From: Mariniblastus sp.
GTDB taxonomy: Bacteria > Planctomycetota > Planctomycetia > Pirellulales > Pirellulaceae
Direction: 5' to 3'
Assembly (NCBI GenBank): GCA_965263475.1
Contig: OZ253677.1
Coordinates: 4,633,812-4,697,811, forward strand
DNA: 64,000 nucleotides
This document shows positions 10,149-18,322 of this stretch, piece after piece. How positions within the stretch are numbered: the stretch's first letter is position 1; every line of letters starts with the position of its first letter. The translations under genes were made by a program, and so were the position numbers. The notes below the pieces were generated by a model. The model was given only the letters and a program-made list of their open reading frames with translations, searched no databases and was not told where the DNA came from.

Positions 10149-10700
10149 ATGGGAAAAATCTACGAGGAAATTTCGCCAAAGTTGTCGGATTGGATTGAAC
10201 AACAAAAACTGTTTTTCGTTGCCACGTCGCCTACCGACTTAAACGGCCATCTGAATTGTTCACCCAAGGGTATGGATAGCTTTCGAATCTTGGGACCGAA
10301 ACTTGTTGGGTTCGTTGATCTGACCGGCAGCGGTGCTGAGACGATTGCACATATTCGCGACAACGGTCGGATCACGATCCTATTTTGCGCGTTTGAAGGC
10401 CCTCCCAAAATCCTTCGGCTTTACGGCACAGGCCAGTATCTGACCGAGGCCGATAATCAATGGTCAGAACGCAGTGCGTTGTTCCCTGATTATTTGGGGG
10501 TGAGGAGTATTATTTTGATCGAGGTTACTCGGATCGCCGATTCCTGCGGATTTGGAGTTCCAAAATTTAACTTTGTTGAAAATCGAGATACGTTGGAAGA
10601 TTGGGCGGTCAAGAAAGGACCCGATGGCATACACGCCTACCAACAGCGGAAAAACGCTAACAGCATCGACGGCTTACCCGCCCTCAATTTTGACTCCTGA
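10149..10700 (+). CDS. Pyridoxamine 5'-phosphate oxidase-family (FMN-binding split-barrel) protein
   Basis: Start re-set from GTG 10134 to ATG 10149. The N-terminus MGKIYEEISPKLSDWIEQQKLFFVATSP and the segment GRITILFCAFEGPPKILRLYG are typical of this family. Confidence 0.65.
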   Translation: MGKIYEEISPKLSDWIEQQKLFFVATSPTDLNGHLNCSPKGMDSFRILGPKLVGFVDLTGSGAETIAHIRDNGRITILFCAFEGPPKILRLYGTGQYLTEADNQWSERSALFPDYLGVRSIILIEVTRIADSCGFGVPKFNFVENRDTLEDWAVKKGPDGIHAYQQRKNANSIDGLPALNFDS

Positions 10701-10807
10701 ATTGAAAAAGCCGCTGGCTTTCTGAGTTGACTCAAGAATGCCAGTCGGCCTGTGAGATGGTGAAATGCAATCCTGCCGGTCAACGGACTGAAGCAGGTTT
10801 GTTTCGG

Positions 10808-13096
10808 TTAACCGCCGATTAAGAGGGTAACGAATGGATCGACATCCAAAAGATCGACAGCTCCGTCTTGGTTGATATCGCCGGCAACATCAAATGCACC
10901 CCAGATTATCAAGTCGACAAATGGTGCCACGTCCAGCAAGTTGACCACGTTGTCGCCGTTAATATCTCCAACCAAAACGGGAATCGGCTCGCCGAAGATG
11001 AAGTCGTCCATCACTACCGAATCGGCGCCGGAAATTGATCCGTCGGCATTCAGCTGTCCACCCAAAGTAATTTGAACGCGGGCAACTACTGGCTCGTCAA
11101 AGAACGTTCCCAAGAATGAAAAGCCGCCGTTGTTCGATGTATCGACCGATTCGGTGTACAACAAACCGCCTGAAGCTGAGTAAAATGACATGGTCGTCAT
11201 GCCCGTTTCTTCGACGTCGTTGAAAACGACTCCCAATCCACGTGACAAAGCAGGTTGGCCATTGTCGGCAGGGTCGAAGAACTTCACGTCGAACGTATCG
11301 CCGTTGATTGGAGCGAACAATCGTTCGGGACTGAACGCGTTGAATCCATCAAATCCGAATGTGATTGGTTCGCCAGACGCTTCCGTCGAAGACAATTGGA
11401 AGGCGGTTGTACTCCCGACTTCGCGGAACTCGATGCCGCGAGCACGTGGTGTCGCGTTGAAATTGAAGAAGTCTCCGGGGAAGAAGTTTGGATCGGAGAC
11501 GGCGTCGGGGGCAGCGTCCCAGTTGATTTGACGACGGCCATTCGGATCGCCATTGACCGGATCATTTGCATTGAGAACACCGAGGGCGTTGCGGAAATTT
11601 TCCACGCCAGGTGCCAATCCGATTGCATCGTCGGCTGTGAAATCGAAAATTTCTTGAACAAGTGCTTTAGCAGGTTCTCCAAAAATGAAATCATCCATGA
11701 CGACTGAATCGGCACCACTGAAATTTTCTCCGTCGAAGGTACCGCCTAATGTGATTTGAACACGTGCCACAATGGGTTCGTCAAAAATCGCCCCCAAGAA
11801 TGAGAAGCCACCATCGGTCGACGGCTCGACGGCTTGCGTAAACAACAGCTCGTCGTCGGCTGAAAAGAACGACATCGTCGTTAGTCCGGTTTGCTCTACA
11901 TCGTTGAAAACCACGCCCAAGCCACGAGTTGTGGTAGCCGTGCTGTTGTTGGCGGGGTCAAAGAACAAAACGTCAAACGTTTCACCGTTGATGGGCGTAA
12001 ACAACCGCTCTGGACTGAACGCGTTCAAATCGGCATCGCCAAAAGTGATCGGTTCACCCGATGCTTGAGTCGAAGAAAGCTGAAAGCCTGTTGTATTACC
12101 AACGGCTTGAAATTCAATTCCTCGGGCTCGTGGAGCCCCGTTGAAGTTGAAGAAATCGCCGGGGAATAGGTTCGGATCAGAAATGGCATCTGGTGCAGCA
12201 TCCCAATTGATTTGGCGTCGACCGTTGGGATCCCCGTTGACCGGTTCATTGGCATTAAGTACACCCAATGCCGCGCGAAATTCGTCGACTCCTGGTGCCA
12301 GACCTGCCGCGTCCGCGGCGGTAAACGAAAATACCTGTTGTGCAGGAACGGGTTCGCCAAAGATAAAATCATCCATCACGACAGGGTCTGCGCCGCTGAA
12401 GTTGTCACCGTTAAACGTTCCGCCCAAAGTAATTTGCACGCGAGCAACAATTGGCTCGTCGTAAATGGCGCCGAGGAATGAAAACCCTTCGGGGTCTGAC
12501 GGTTCGACGGTCAACGTCTCAAGCACTTCGTCGGCGGCATCGTAAAAGATCATCTCTGTTAAATTCGCTACATCGACCCCATTGAAGACAACGCCAAGTC
12601 CGCGACTTAGTGCTGGGCTGCTCGTGTTCGCGGGGTCAAAAAAGAAAACATTGAAACGATTGCCGTCGATTGGCGTAAACAGTCGCTCGGGACTGAACGC
12701 TGAAAATTCGTTGCTGCCGAAGAACGTCGGCTCACCTGAAGCTGCGGTTGACGATAGCTGAAAACCAGAAGTGCTGCCTGCTGGATGGAACTCAATTCCG
12801 CGGGCACGGGGAGCAGCGTTAAAGTTGAAAAAATCGCCAGGAAACAGATTCGGATCGGATATCCCGTCCGGAGCAGCATCCCAGTTGATCTGGCGTCGGC
12901 CATTTGGATCCCCATTGACAGGTTCATTTGCGTTGAGCGCTCCCAACGCATTGCGGAAGTCATCGACTTCTTGGACAAGCCCGATGGCGTCAGCCGAATT
13001 TGACGAGAAAATTTGTTGGCCAAATGACGTAATCGGTGTAGCCACAAGAAGTGCCAAACTCAATGTTAGTTTCCAGTGCATCATGTTCATGTTCAT
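10808..13096 (-). CDS. Secreted protein with three tandem ~227-aa modules plus a C-terminal dockerin-like module
   Basis: ATG start and a 26-aa signal peptide. Residues 27-252, 253-480 and 481-709 are clearly homologous, each containing NANEPVNGDPNGRRQINWDAAPD...PRARGIEF...FSPERLF...GFSFLGAI(F/Y)DEPIVARVQITLGG...VVMDDFIFGEP. The tail is GDINGDNVVNLLDVAPFVDLI...GDINQDGAVDLLDVDPFVTLLIGG (10811-10969). I do not recognise the module family. Confidence 0.8.
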   Translation of the reverse strand: MNMNMMHWKLTLSLALLVATPITSFGQQIFSSNSADAIGLVQEVDDFRNALGALNANEPVNGDPNGRRQINWDAAPDGISDPNLFPGDFFNFNAAPRARGIEFHPAGSTSGFQLSSTAASGEPTFFGSNEFSAFSPERLFTPIDGNRFNVFFFDPANTSSPALSRGLGVVFNGVDVANLTEMIFYDAADEVLETLTVEPSDPEGFSFLGAIYDEPIVARVQITLGGTFNGDNFSGADPVVMDDFIFGEPVPAQQVFSFTAADAAGLAPGVDEFRAALGVLNANEPVNGDPNGRRQINWDAAPDAISDPNLFPGDFFNFNGAPRARGIEFQAVGNTTGFQLSSTQASGEPITFGDADLNAFSPERLFTPINGETFDVLFFDPANNSTATTTRGLGVVFNDVEQTGLTTMSFFSADDELLFTQAVEPSTDGGFSFLGAIFDEPIVARVQITLGGTFDGENFSGADSVVMDDFIFGEPAKALVQEIFDFTADDAIGLAPGVENFRNALGVLNANDPVNGDPNGRRQINWDAAPDAVSDPNFFPGDFFNFNATPRARGIEFREVGSTTAFQLSSTEASGEPITFGFDGFNAFSPERLFAPINGDTFDVKFFDPADNGQPALSRGLGVVFNDVEETGMTTMSFYSASGGLLYTESVDTSNNGGFSFLGTFFDEPVVARVQITLGGQLNADGSISGADSVVMDDFIFGEPIPVLVGDINGDNVVNLLDVAPFVDLIIWGAFDVAGDINQDGAVDLLDVDPFVTLLIGG
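10970..13018 (-). repeat. Three tandem ~0.68-kb coding repeats (10970-11656, 11657-12340, 12341-13018)
   Basis: Boundaries come from the protein-level repeat alignment. The repeats also create many long spurious ORFs in other frames and on the other strand. Confidence 0.8.
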
Positions 13097-13626
13097 TGAA
13101 TTGCTTTCTGGTTGGTGGTTCGTTGCGAAAAAGTACGCAACCGGTTGGTTTGCAAAATCACAGCCACAAAATTACTCGTTCGCCGATAGGCTTCTTCGAA
13201 GCGTTTGGAAGAATCATCGATGGTGCGAACGTTGTCTGTTTGTTAGCTGAAAAGGGCGCTAGAATTGGCCCCACGATATTCAATAACGGTTTCTAGAAAC
13301 CGGGGGCCAAGGGTGCGCCATAAATGCGTTTTTATATGCGTTTTTCGTTTGATCGCCGGTATTTGCGAGCATTGAGACGAGATGGATTTGGCATTTTCTG
13401 TTTGGCGAGGCGGGCGCCAAGACTGGGTTTTTTACGCCCAGATGTCGAGGAACCAAAGCAACACAGGCTGTTCCGAATTGGCAATGGAGTTAAAACGAAG
13501 GCAACAGCAGGACAAAGTTTTTTTGACGAAAGGGCTGCTGTTGTTTATAAAGACGCGGCTGTATTTATCCAATTCTCTTCTCGCGAGTCCAATTTCTCGC
13601 AAAATCCAACTGCCAAACTCAGATTA

Positions 13627-14334
13627 ATGGAGAATCCTCCGATGACGTTGAAGCAATTCGTGTTTGCACTATTGGTTTTTCTTTCAACAACTAACTGTGT
13701 TTTCGCACAGAATTTTTTTTGGTCCACTGAAGACATCCATTCCGGCTTGGTTGTCAACGGAGACTTGACCGTCAACGCAAATTCTTTTGGAAATTCAGGT
13801 CGAACTTACTTGTACTACGACCCTCAAGGCGTAGATATCGAGTTTCAATTGGATTTGGATTTTTCGTGGGATGGTGGCGGTGCCGCATTTACCGATGCGC
13901 GTACACTTGACTTTGAAATTGAGATTGCGGGGACACCGATTGGGCTGCGCTGGGGAGATTTCGCTGGACCCGCGTTTGAAGTAACGGCATCGTCGGTCAC
14001 GGGTTTTCTCGCTATCAATGTGATTTCCGGCACTGGCATTTTAACGTCGCAAAGCAATGCCGGTCCTGGGCCTTTTTTTGATACTGGCAGTACGGACGAC
14101 GGTTTTTTTCAGGTTGGTTTCATCGATTGGGCTTTCACACCCGGCTCTGCAGACTCCAATTTTGTGTTGGACAATGTCATTTTGTCGGACATCTCGGGTA
14201 ACAATGTTAAATTCAGCGACTTGACGATTACCGCAGTGCCAGAGCCAAACACACTAGTGCTTTTTGCGGTTGGATTATTCAGTGCGGCGTCACTCAGGCG
14301 TCGTCAAACTACTGAGGGATCATCAATTCGCTAA
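13627..14334 (+). CDS. PEP-CTERM sorting-domain secreted protein (paralogue of 54269..54931)
   Basis: Start re-set to ATG 13627 (or 13642), placing the signal peptide LKQFVFALLVFLSTTNCVFAQ at the N-terminus. The C-terminus is ...LTITAVPEPNTLVLFAVGLFSAASLRRRQ. It shares AQNFFWS...LY(Y/F)D...DFSWD...LDF(E/D)I...GTGIL...VPEPNT with 54269..54931. Confidence 0.75.
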   Translation: MENPPMTLKQFVFALLVFLSTTNCVFAQNFFWSTEDIHSGLVVNGDLTVNANSFGNSGRTYLYYDPQGVDIEFQLDLDFSWDGGGAAFTDARTLDFEIEIAGTPIGLRWGDFAGPAFEVTASSVTGFLAINVISGTGILTSQSNAGPGPFFDTGSTDDGFFQVGFIDWAFTPGSADSNFVLDNVILSDISGNNVKFSDLTITAVPEPNTLVLFAVGLFSAASLRRRQTTEGSSIR

Positions 14335-15459
14335 GATCTCGATGAACCCATTGATGTCGAGCAGATCCAACACTCCGTCTTGATTGATATCCGCTTGTTT
14401 TTGAAATCCGCCAGTAAAAATCAGTTCGACGAATGGCGCGACATCCAATAGGTCGACCCTTCCGTCAAGATTTACGTCACCCAGAATGATTCCAGCAAGT
14501 TCCGCCAAACTCATTTGGCTATACAAGAACCGTACACTGTTTTCCGCGAACGTCAGTCCTTCAGGAGTCTCTTCATTAAAATAGGCGCCTGTTGTGGAGT
14601 GTCCTTGTTGATGCGAGTGAAACGAATACGGCAGATTGACTTCTTCGGCACGCAATTGGATAGCGATCGCGTTTGAAAACTCCACGACGGGATCGTTGGT
14701 CCCGTGTTGAAACCAAAGTGGTGGATCGTCGCCGTCAATGACGTATTCGGTCTGATAAAAACCGCCGGCCAAACTGACGACGGCACCAAGATCTTCGGTG
14801 GGTCCGTTTGGGAGGTCGCTATAGCCGGTCAACAACGATGTAATGGCTCCGGCTGAACTTCCCATCATCACGATGCGGGAAGTATCAACGTCAGGCCAAA
14901 CATTACCCGCAAATGCAAAATTGGCGAAGATCGAGGCATCGTTGTGCGCGGCGTTCGCAGCATTGGCTTGTCGCAAATTATCGTTGTCTGGGTTGTTCGC
15001 CCATTGAACGTATAGGGCTGGTTGAGAGGGGGGAGATACCGGCCAGGGACCCGTTTCGACTGCGGGGTCATTCAGCGGATTGGAGTCGTCGATCAAGCGG
15101 TAGTTGATCGTGGAAACGACATAGCCGCGACTGGCAAAATAATGTGCCGTTTGGGCGATGTTGGCATTGTTTTTGCTTCCGTTTCGAAATCCACCCCCAT
15201 GAATCAAGATCATTCCTGGCAACGAATCTGGAACGGCCGGCCCATTTTGAAATGGAATTGGCCGGAAAACGTCGTATAGAAGCACCGACCGGGTACCGTC
15301 GATGCGTAACGCGTCGGTACGGTAAACTTGATCGACTTCAGTACGGGCGGATTGAAATAATGGTTGAATAAACAAGTCTTGAGCACACGTCTCAATCGAA
15401 AAAACGCCAACCAACAAATACGCAGCTAGCCAGAGGTTCGTAAAAAAGATCTTACCCAT
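14323..15459 (-). CDS. Alpha/beta-hydrolase (esterase/lipase-like) with a C-terminal dockerin-like module
   Basis: Start re-set from GTG 15492 to ATG 15459 (signal peptide MGKIFFTNLWLAAYLLVGVFSIETCAQ). It has an oxyanion-type LIHGGGF motif and a nucleophile elbow GSSAGA. The tail is GDVNLDGRVDLLDVAPFVELI...ADINQDGVLDLLDINGFIEILAN (14326-14481). Confidence 0.7.
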   Translation of the reverse strand: MGKIFFTNLWLAAYLLVGVFSIETCAQDLFIQPLFQSARTEVDQVYRTDALRIDGTRSVLLYDVFRPIPFQNGPAVPDSLPGMILIHGGGFRNGSKNNANIAQTAHYFASRGYVVSTINYRLIDDSNPLNDPAVETGPWPVSPPSQPALYVQWANNPDNDNLRQANAANAAHNDASIFANFAFAGNVWPDVDTSRIVMMGSSAGAITSLLTGYSDLPNGPTEDLGAVVSLAGGFYQTEYVIDGDDPPLWFQHGTNDPVVEFSNAIAIQLRAEEVNLPYSFHSHQQGHSTTGAYFNEETPEGLTFAENSVRFLYSQMSLAELAGIILGDVNLDGRVDLLDVAPFVELIFTGGFQKQADINQDGVLDLLDINGFIEILAN

Positions 15460-15831
15460 TCCGAATTCCTTAATTGAAAATTGCCAAGCCACTCACTAAT
15501 ACTCGTCTTATTTTGCAATGGCTTCTACGAGTTTTTTCCTGCCAAAAACGGCGAATCGCGGCGCGCCGGACCAGCACAAGACGTACTGGACGGTTTGCTA
15601 AACGAGCGGAGAACCTGCATCGAATCCACAGCCATTCGCCTATTGATCTGCCATGAGATAGATCACGTAGTCGAATTTCTGTTGAAGACAGGTCGATTGA
15701 GAATTATCGCCTATTCGCCATCGAGCAATTCTACGAACAGCTGGACATCCAACCGTCAACCATCCATTTTGGCGTCGACCCATGCGTCGGGAATTCCTGT
15801 CAGACGTTCAAAACTTGAGTCACTTAAAATT

Positions 15832-16527
15832 CTAGGTATTCAATTCAGATGAGGTTTCGAGTGAACCGGGTCGCGTTTCACCCGCGAAGTTGGTTTGCCA
15901 GTACTCGCCGGTTTCGACATGAAGGCCCGTTAACCAACCGCCTCGGCCTGGGTCGGTATCGATACAAATCGCGTGGCCGATATTGAGTGGCAAATGGTTT
16001 TTCTGAGCCGTATGTCCACAGATTATCGTTTTCCCGGACATGTGAGGTCGCGGTGGACCGTAAAGCGGATGATCAAACTTTTGGTGAATCAACGTGTAAG
16101 GCAATTGTTGGGCCATCGATACGTTGGCTTCCGCATAGGCATGAACAAAGATGTGGGTGTCGGTTTCAACGTAGGCTTTGTTTGTCAATAAGAAATCCCA
16201 GTGCGATTGCGGGACGTCATGGATTCCGTTGGGTCCATACGAATCGAGTGTTTGCTGGCCGCCCCAATCTTTTAACCAATGAGCCATGTCGGTATTGTCG
16301 ATACGCGACAAGAAGAACTTTTCTTCGTGATTGCCACACAGGCAGTCCAAATTGAAGTACCGGTTCTGTTCGATAAGAAAATCGATAACGCCTTTGGAGT
16401 CGGGGCCTCGATCGACATAATCACCAATAAAAATGATATGGTCTTCGGCTTGCGGTTTGAGTGCGTTCCATAGCAACCGCAACGGGGCAAGACAGCCGTG
16501 GATATCCCCAATGGCAAGTGTTCTCAT
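15832..16527 (-). CDS. Metallophosphoesterase / PPP-family Ser/Thr phosphatase (ApaH-like)
   Basis: Start re-set from TTG 16557 to ATG 16527 (MRTLAIGDIHGC). Carries the motifs GDIHG, GDYVDRGPDS and GNHE. Confidence 0.8.
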   Translation of the reverse strand: MRTLAIGDIHGCLAPLRLLWNALKPQAEDHIIFIGDYVDRGPDSKGVIDFLIEQNRYFNLDCLCGNHEEKFFLSRIDNTDMAHWLKDWGGQQTLDSYGPNGIHDVPQSHWDFLLTNKAYVETDTHIFVHAYAEANVSMAQQLPYTLIHQKFDHPLYGPPRPHMSGKTIICGHTAQKNHLPLNIGHAICIDTDPGRGGWLTGLHVETGEYWQTNFAGETRPGSLETSSELNT

Positions 16528-16560
16528 GTTCAATTCCAGTTGCCGATAGTGCGGCAACGA

Positions 16561-17934
16561 TCAGCATTCAATTACGTTTACGGCCAGCCCTCCGCGGGCC
16601 GTTTCTTTGTACTTCGTTTGCATGTCTTTACCTGTCTCACGCATCGTCTTGATCACTTTGTCAAGCGAAACGAAATGTCGGCCGTCACCACGCATGGCCA
16701 ATCGAGCCGCATTGATTGCTTTGACGGCGCCCATGGCGTTGCGTTCGATACAGGGAACTTGGACCAGGCCACCGATTGGATCGCAAGTTAATCCCAAATT
16801 ATGTTCCATGCCGATTTCAGCAGCGTTTTCGACTTGGCTGGGCGTACCGCCTAAGACTTCGGCCAAACCTGCAGCCGCCATCGAACAGGCCGACCCGACT
16901 TCACCTTGGCAGCCGACTTCAGCGCCGGAAATGGAAGCATTTAACTTGAACAACGTCCCAATCGCGGCAGCCGTAAGCAAGAACCTAACAACACCATCGT
17001 CGTTTGCACCCTTGCTAAATCGCACAAAATAATGCAAAACCGCCGGTATAATTCCAGCGGCACCGTTGGTCGGCGCTGTTACGACTCGTCCCCCTGCGGC
17101 GTTTTCTTCGTTGACAGCCAATGCCCACAGATTCACCCAATCCATTCGGCTATGGTCATCCAGATTGGCCGACCATTCTGATTGGAGTTGCCGATGCAAA
17201 TGCGGAGCGCGACGTTTGACTTTCAGTCCACCGGGCAAAATGCCCTCGTTCTTACAGCCTGCTTCGACGCAGTCTTTCATGACCTGCCAAATACCTAACA
17301 ATTTGTCGCGAACTTCACTTTCCGTTCGCCAGCATGTTTCGTTGGTGAGCATGAGGGTGCTAATCGAAAAGCCGGTTTGTTCGCTGATATCCAGCAATTC
17401 GGTGGCCGAGTTGAATGGGTGGCGCAAAGTGGTGTTGTCTTCGACGATCCGGTCAATCCCGGTCGCATTTTCATCGACAACAAAACCGCCACCAACCGAA
17501 TAATACGTGTGTGCCGCGTTGACCCGGTTTTCAGCATCGTAAGCCGTGAATTTCATTCCGTTGGAATGGAAATCGAGACAGATTCCGGAAAATTCAAGGT
17601 CTCGTTCGGGGTCGAAAACAATTTCTTTTTGACGGTCTAAATGCAGACGCCCGGTTGAAAGAACGGATTCAACTAATCCGTTTAAGACTGCCGGATCAAC
17701 AGTATCGGGATCGTATCCCAGTAGCCCTCCTAGCACCGCCTTGTCACTGCCGTGTCCTTTTCCGGTTGCGCCGAGCGAACCAAACAACTGGACCTGTACC
17801 CTAGTGGTATTCGAAAGTCGGTGCTTTAACTTGAGTCCTTCCAGGAACTGTTTGGCCGCGCGCATTGGTCCTACGGTGTGTGAACTGGAAGGTCCAATTC
17901 CGATTGAAAACAATTCGAAAGCGCTAATTGCCAT
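16561..17934 (-). CDS. sdaA: L-serine ammonia-lyase (Fe-S dependent L-serine dehydratase, single-chain)
   Basis: ATG start and full length (457 aa). Motifs include [62 protein letters not shown] and [21 protein letters not shown]. Confidence 0.93.
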   Translation of the reverse strand: MAISAFELFSIGIGPSSSHTVGPMRAAKQFLEGLKLKHRLSNTTRVQVQLFGSLGATGKGHGSDKAVLGGLLGYDPDTVDPAVLNGLVESVLSTGRLHLDRQKEIVFDPERDLEFSGICLDFHSNGMKFTAYDAENRVNAAHTYYSVGGGFVVDENATGIDRIVEDNTTLRHPFNSATELLDISEQTGFSISTLMLTNETCWRTESEVRDKLLGIWQVMKDCVEAGCKNEGILPGGLKVKRRAPHLHRQLQSEWSANLDDHSRMDWVNLWALAVNEENAAGGRVVTAPTNGAAGIIPAVLHYFVRFSKGANDDGVVRFLLTAAAIGTLFKLNASISGAEVGCQGEVGSACSMAAAGLAEVLGGTPSQVENAAEIGMEHNLGLTCDPIGGLVQVPCIERNAMGAVKAINAARLAMRGDGRHFVSLDKVIKTMRETGKDMQTKYKETARGGLAVNVIEC

Positions 17935-18322
17935 TGAATGCAGGCACCTTTAGGCGAATGTCCGGGAGGCCATATTCTATTCAGATTGGCTCTGTCTAAA
18001 ACCGCTTGCTGGAACTTTCTGATCAATTGATCCAATCGTCATCGTCGCTACAGCTTGCCGTCGGCAATTGATCTGAAGTCTACTGTCCAGCATGCGATTG
18101 CGCTAGTGGATCGGGTCTCCATGTTCATTGACAACCGGCCATGGGTTGGTCGTGAGTCCCAATGCGCTCACTACCGTTTTTTGCCCCGGACCGCGTGCGT
18201 TGCCGATTTTGACTAAATATTGGCCGGCCTTCAGCACACATTCACAAAATTTTAATTCGTATCCACAGTTGCTATAATTGTGCCGGCGCGTCCTGAACGA
18301 GGCAATCCAATTTGGTGTGGAT

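Noticed and set aside
10872-13250. Many long ORFs (up to 159 aa) in other frames and on the other strand across the triple-repeat gene.
   Set aside because: They recur with the repeat period and have low-complexity Ser/Pro/Gly/Arg-rich sequences. They are by-products of the repeated, compositionally biased coding sequence.
13324-13626. The 101-codon N-terminal extension of the PEP-CTERM ORF given in the track.
   Set aside because: The extension is highly basic and would bury the clear signal peptide that follows ATG 13627/13642. A 9-bp-stem hairpin (13502-13543) also lies inside it.
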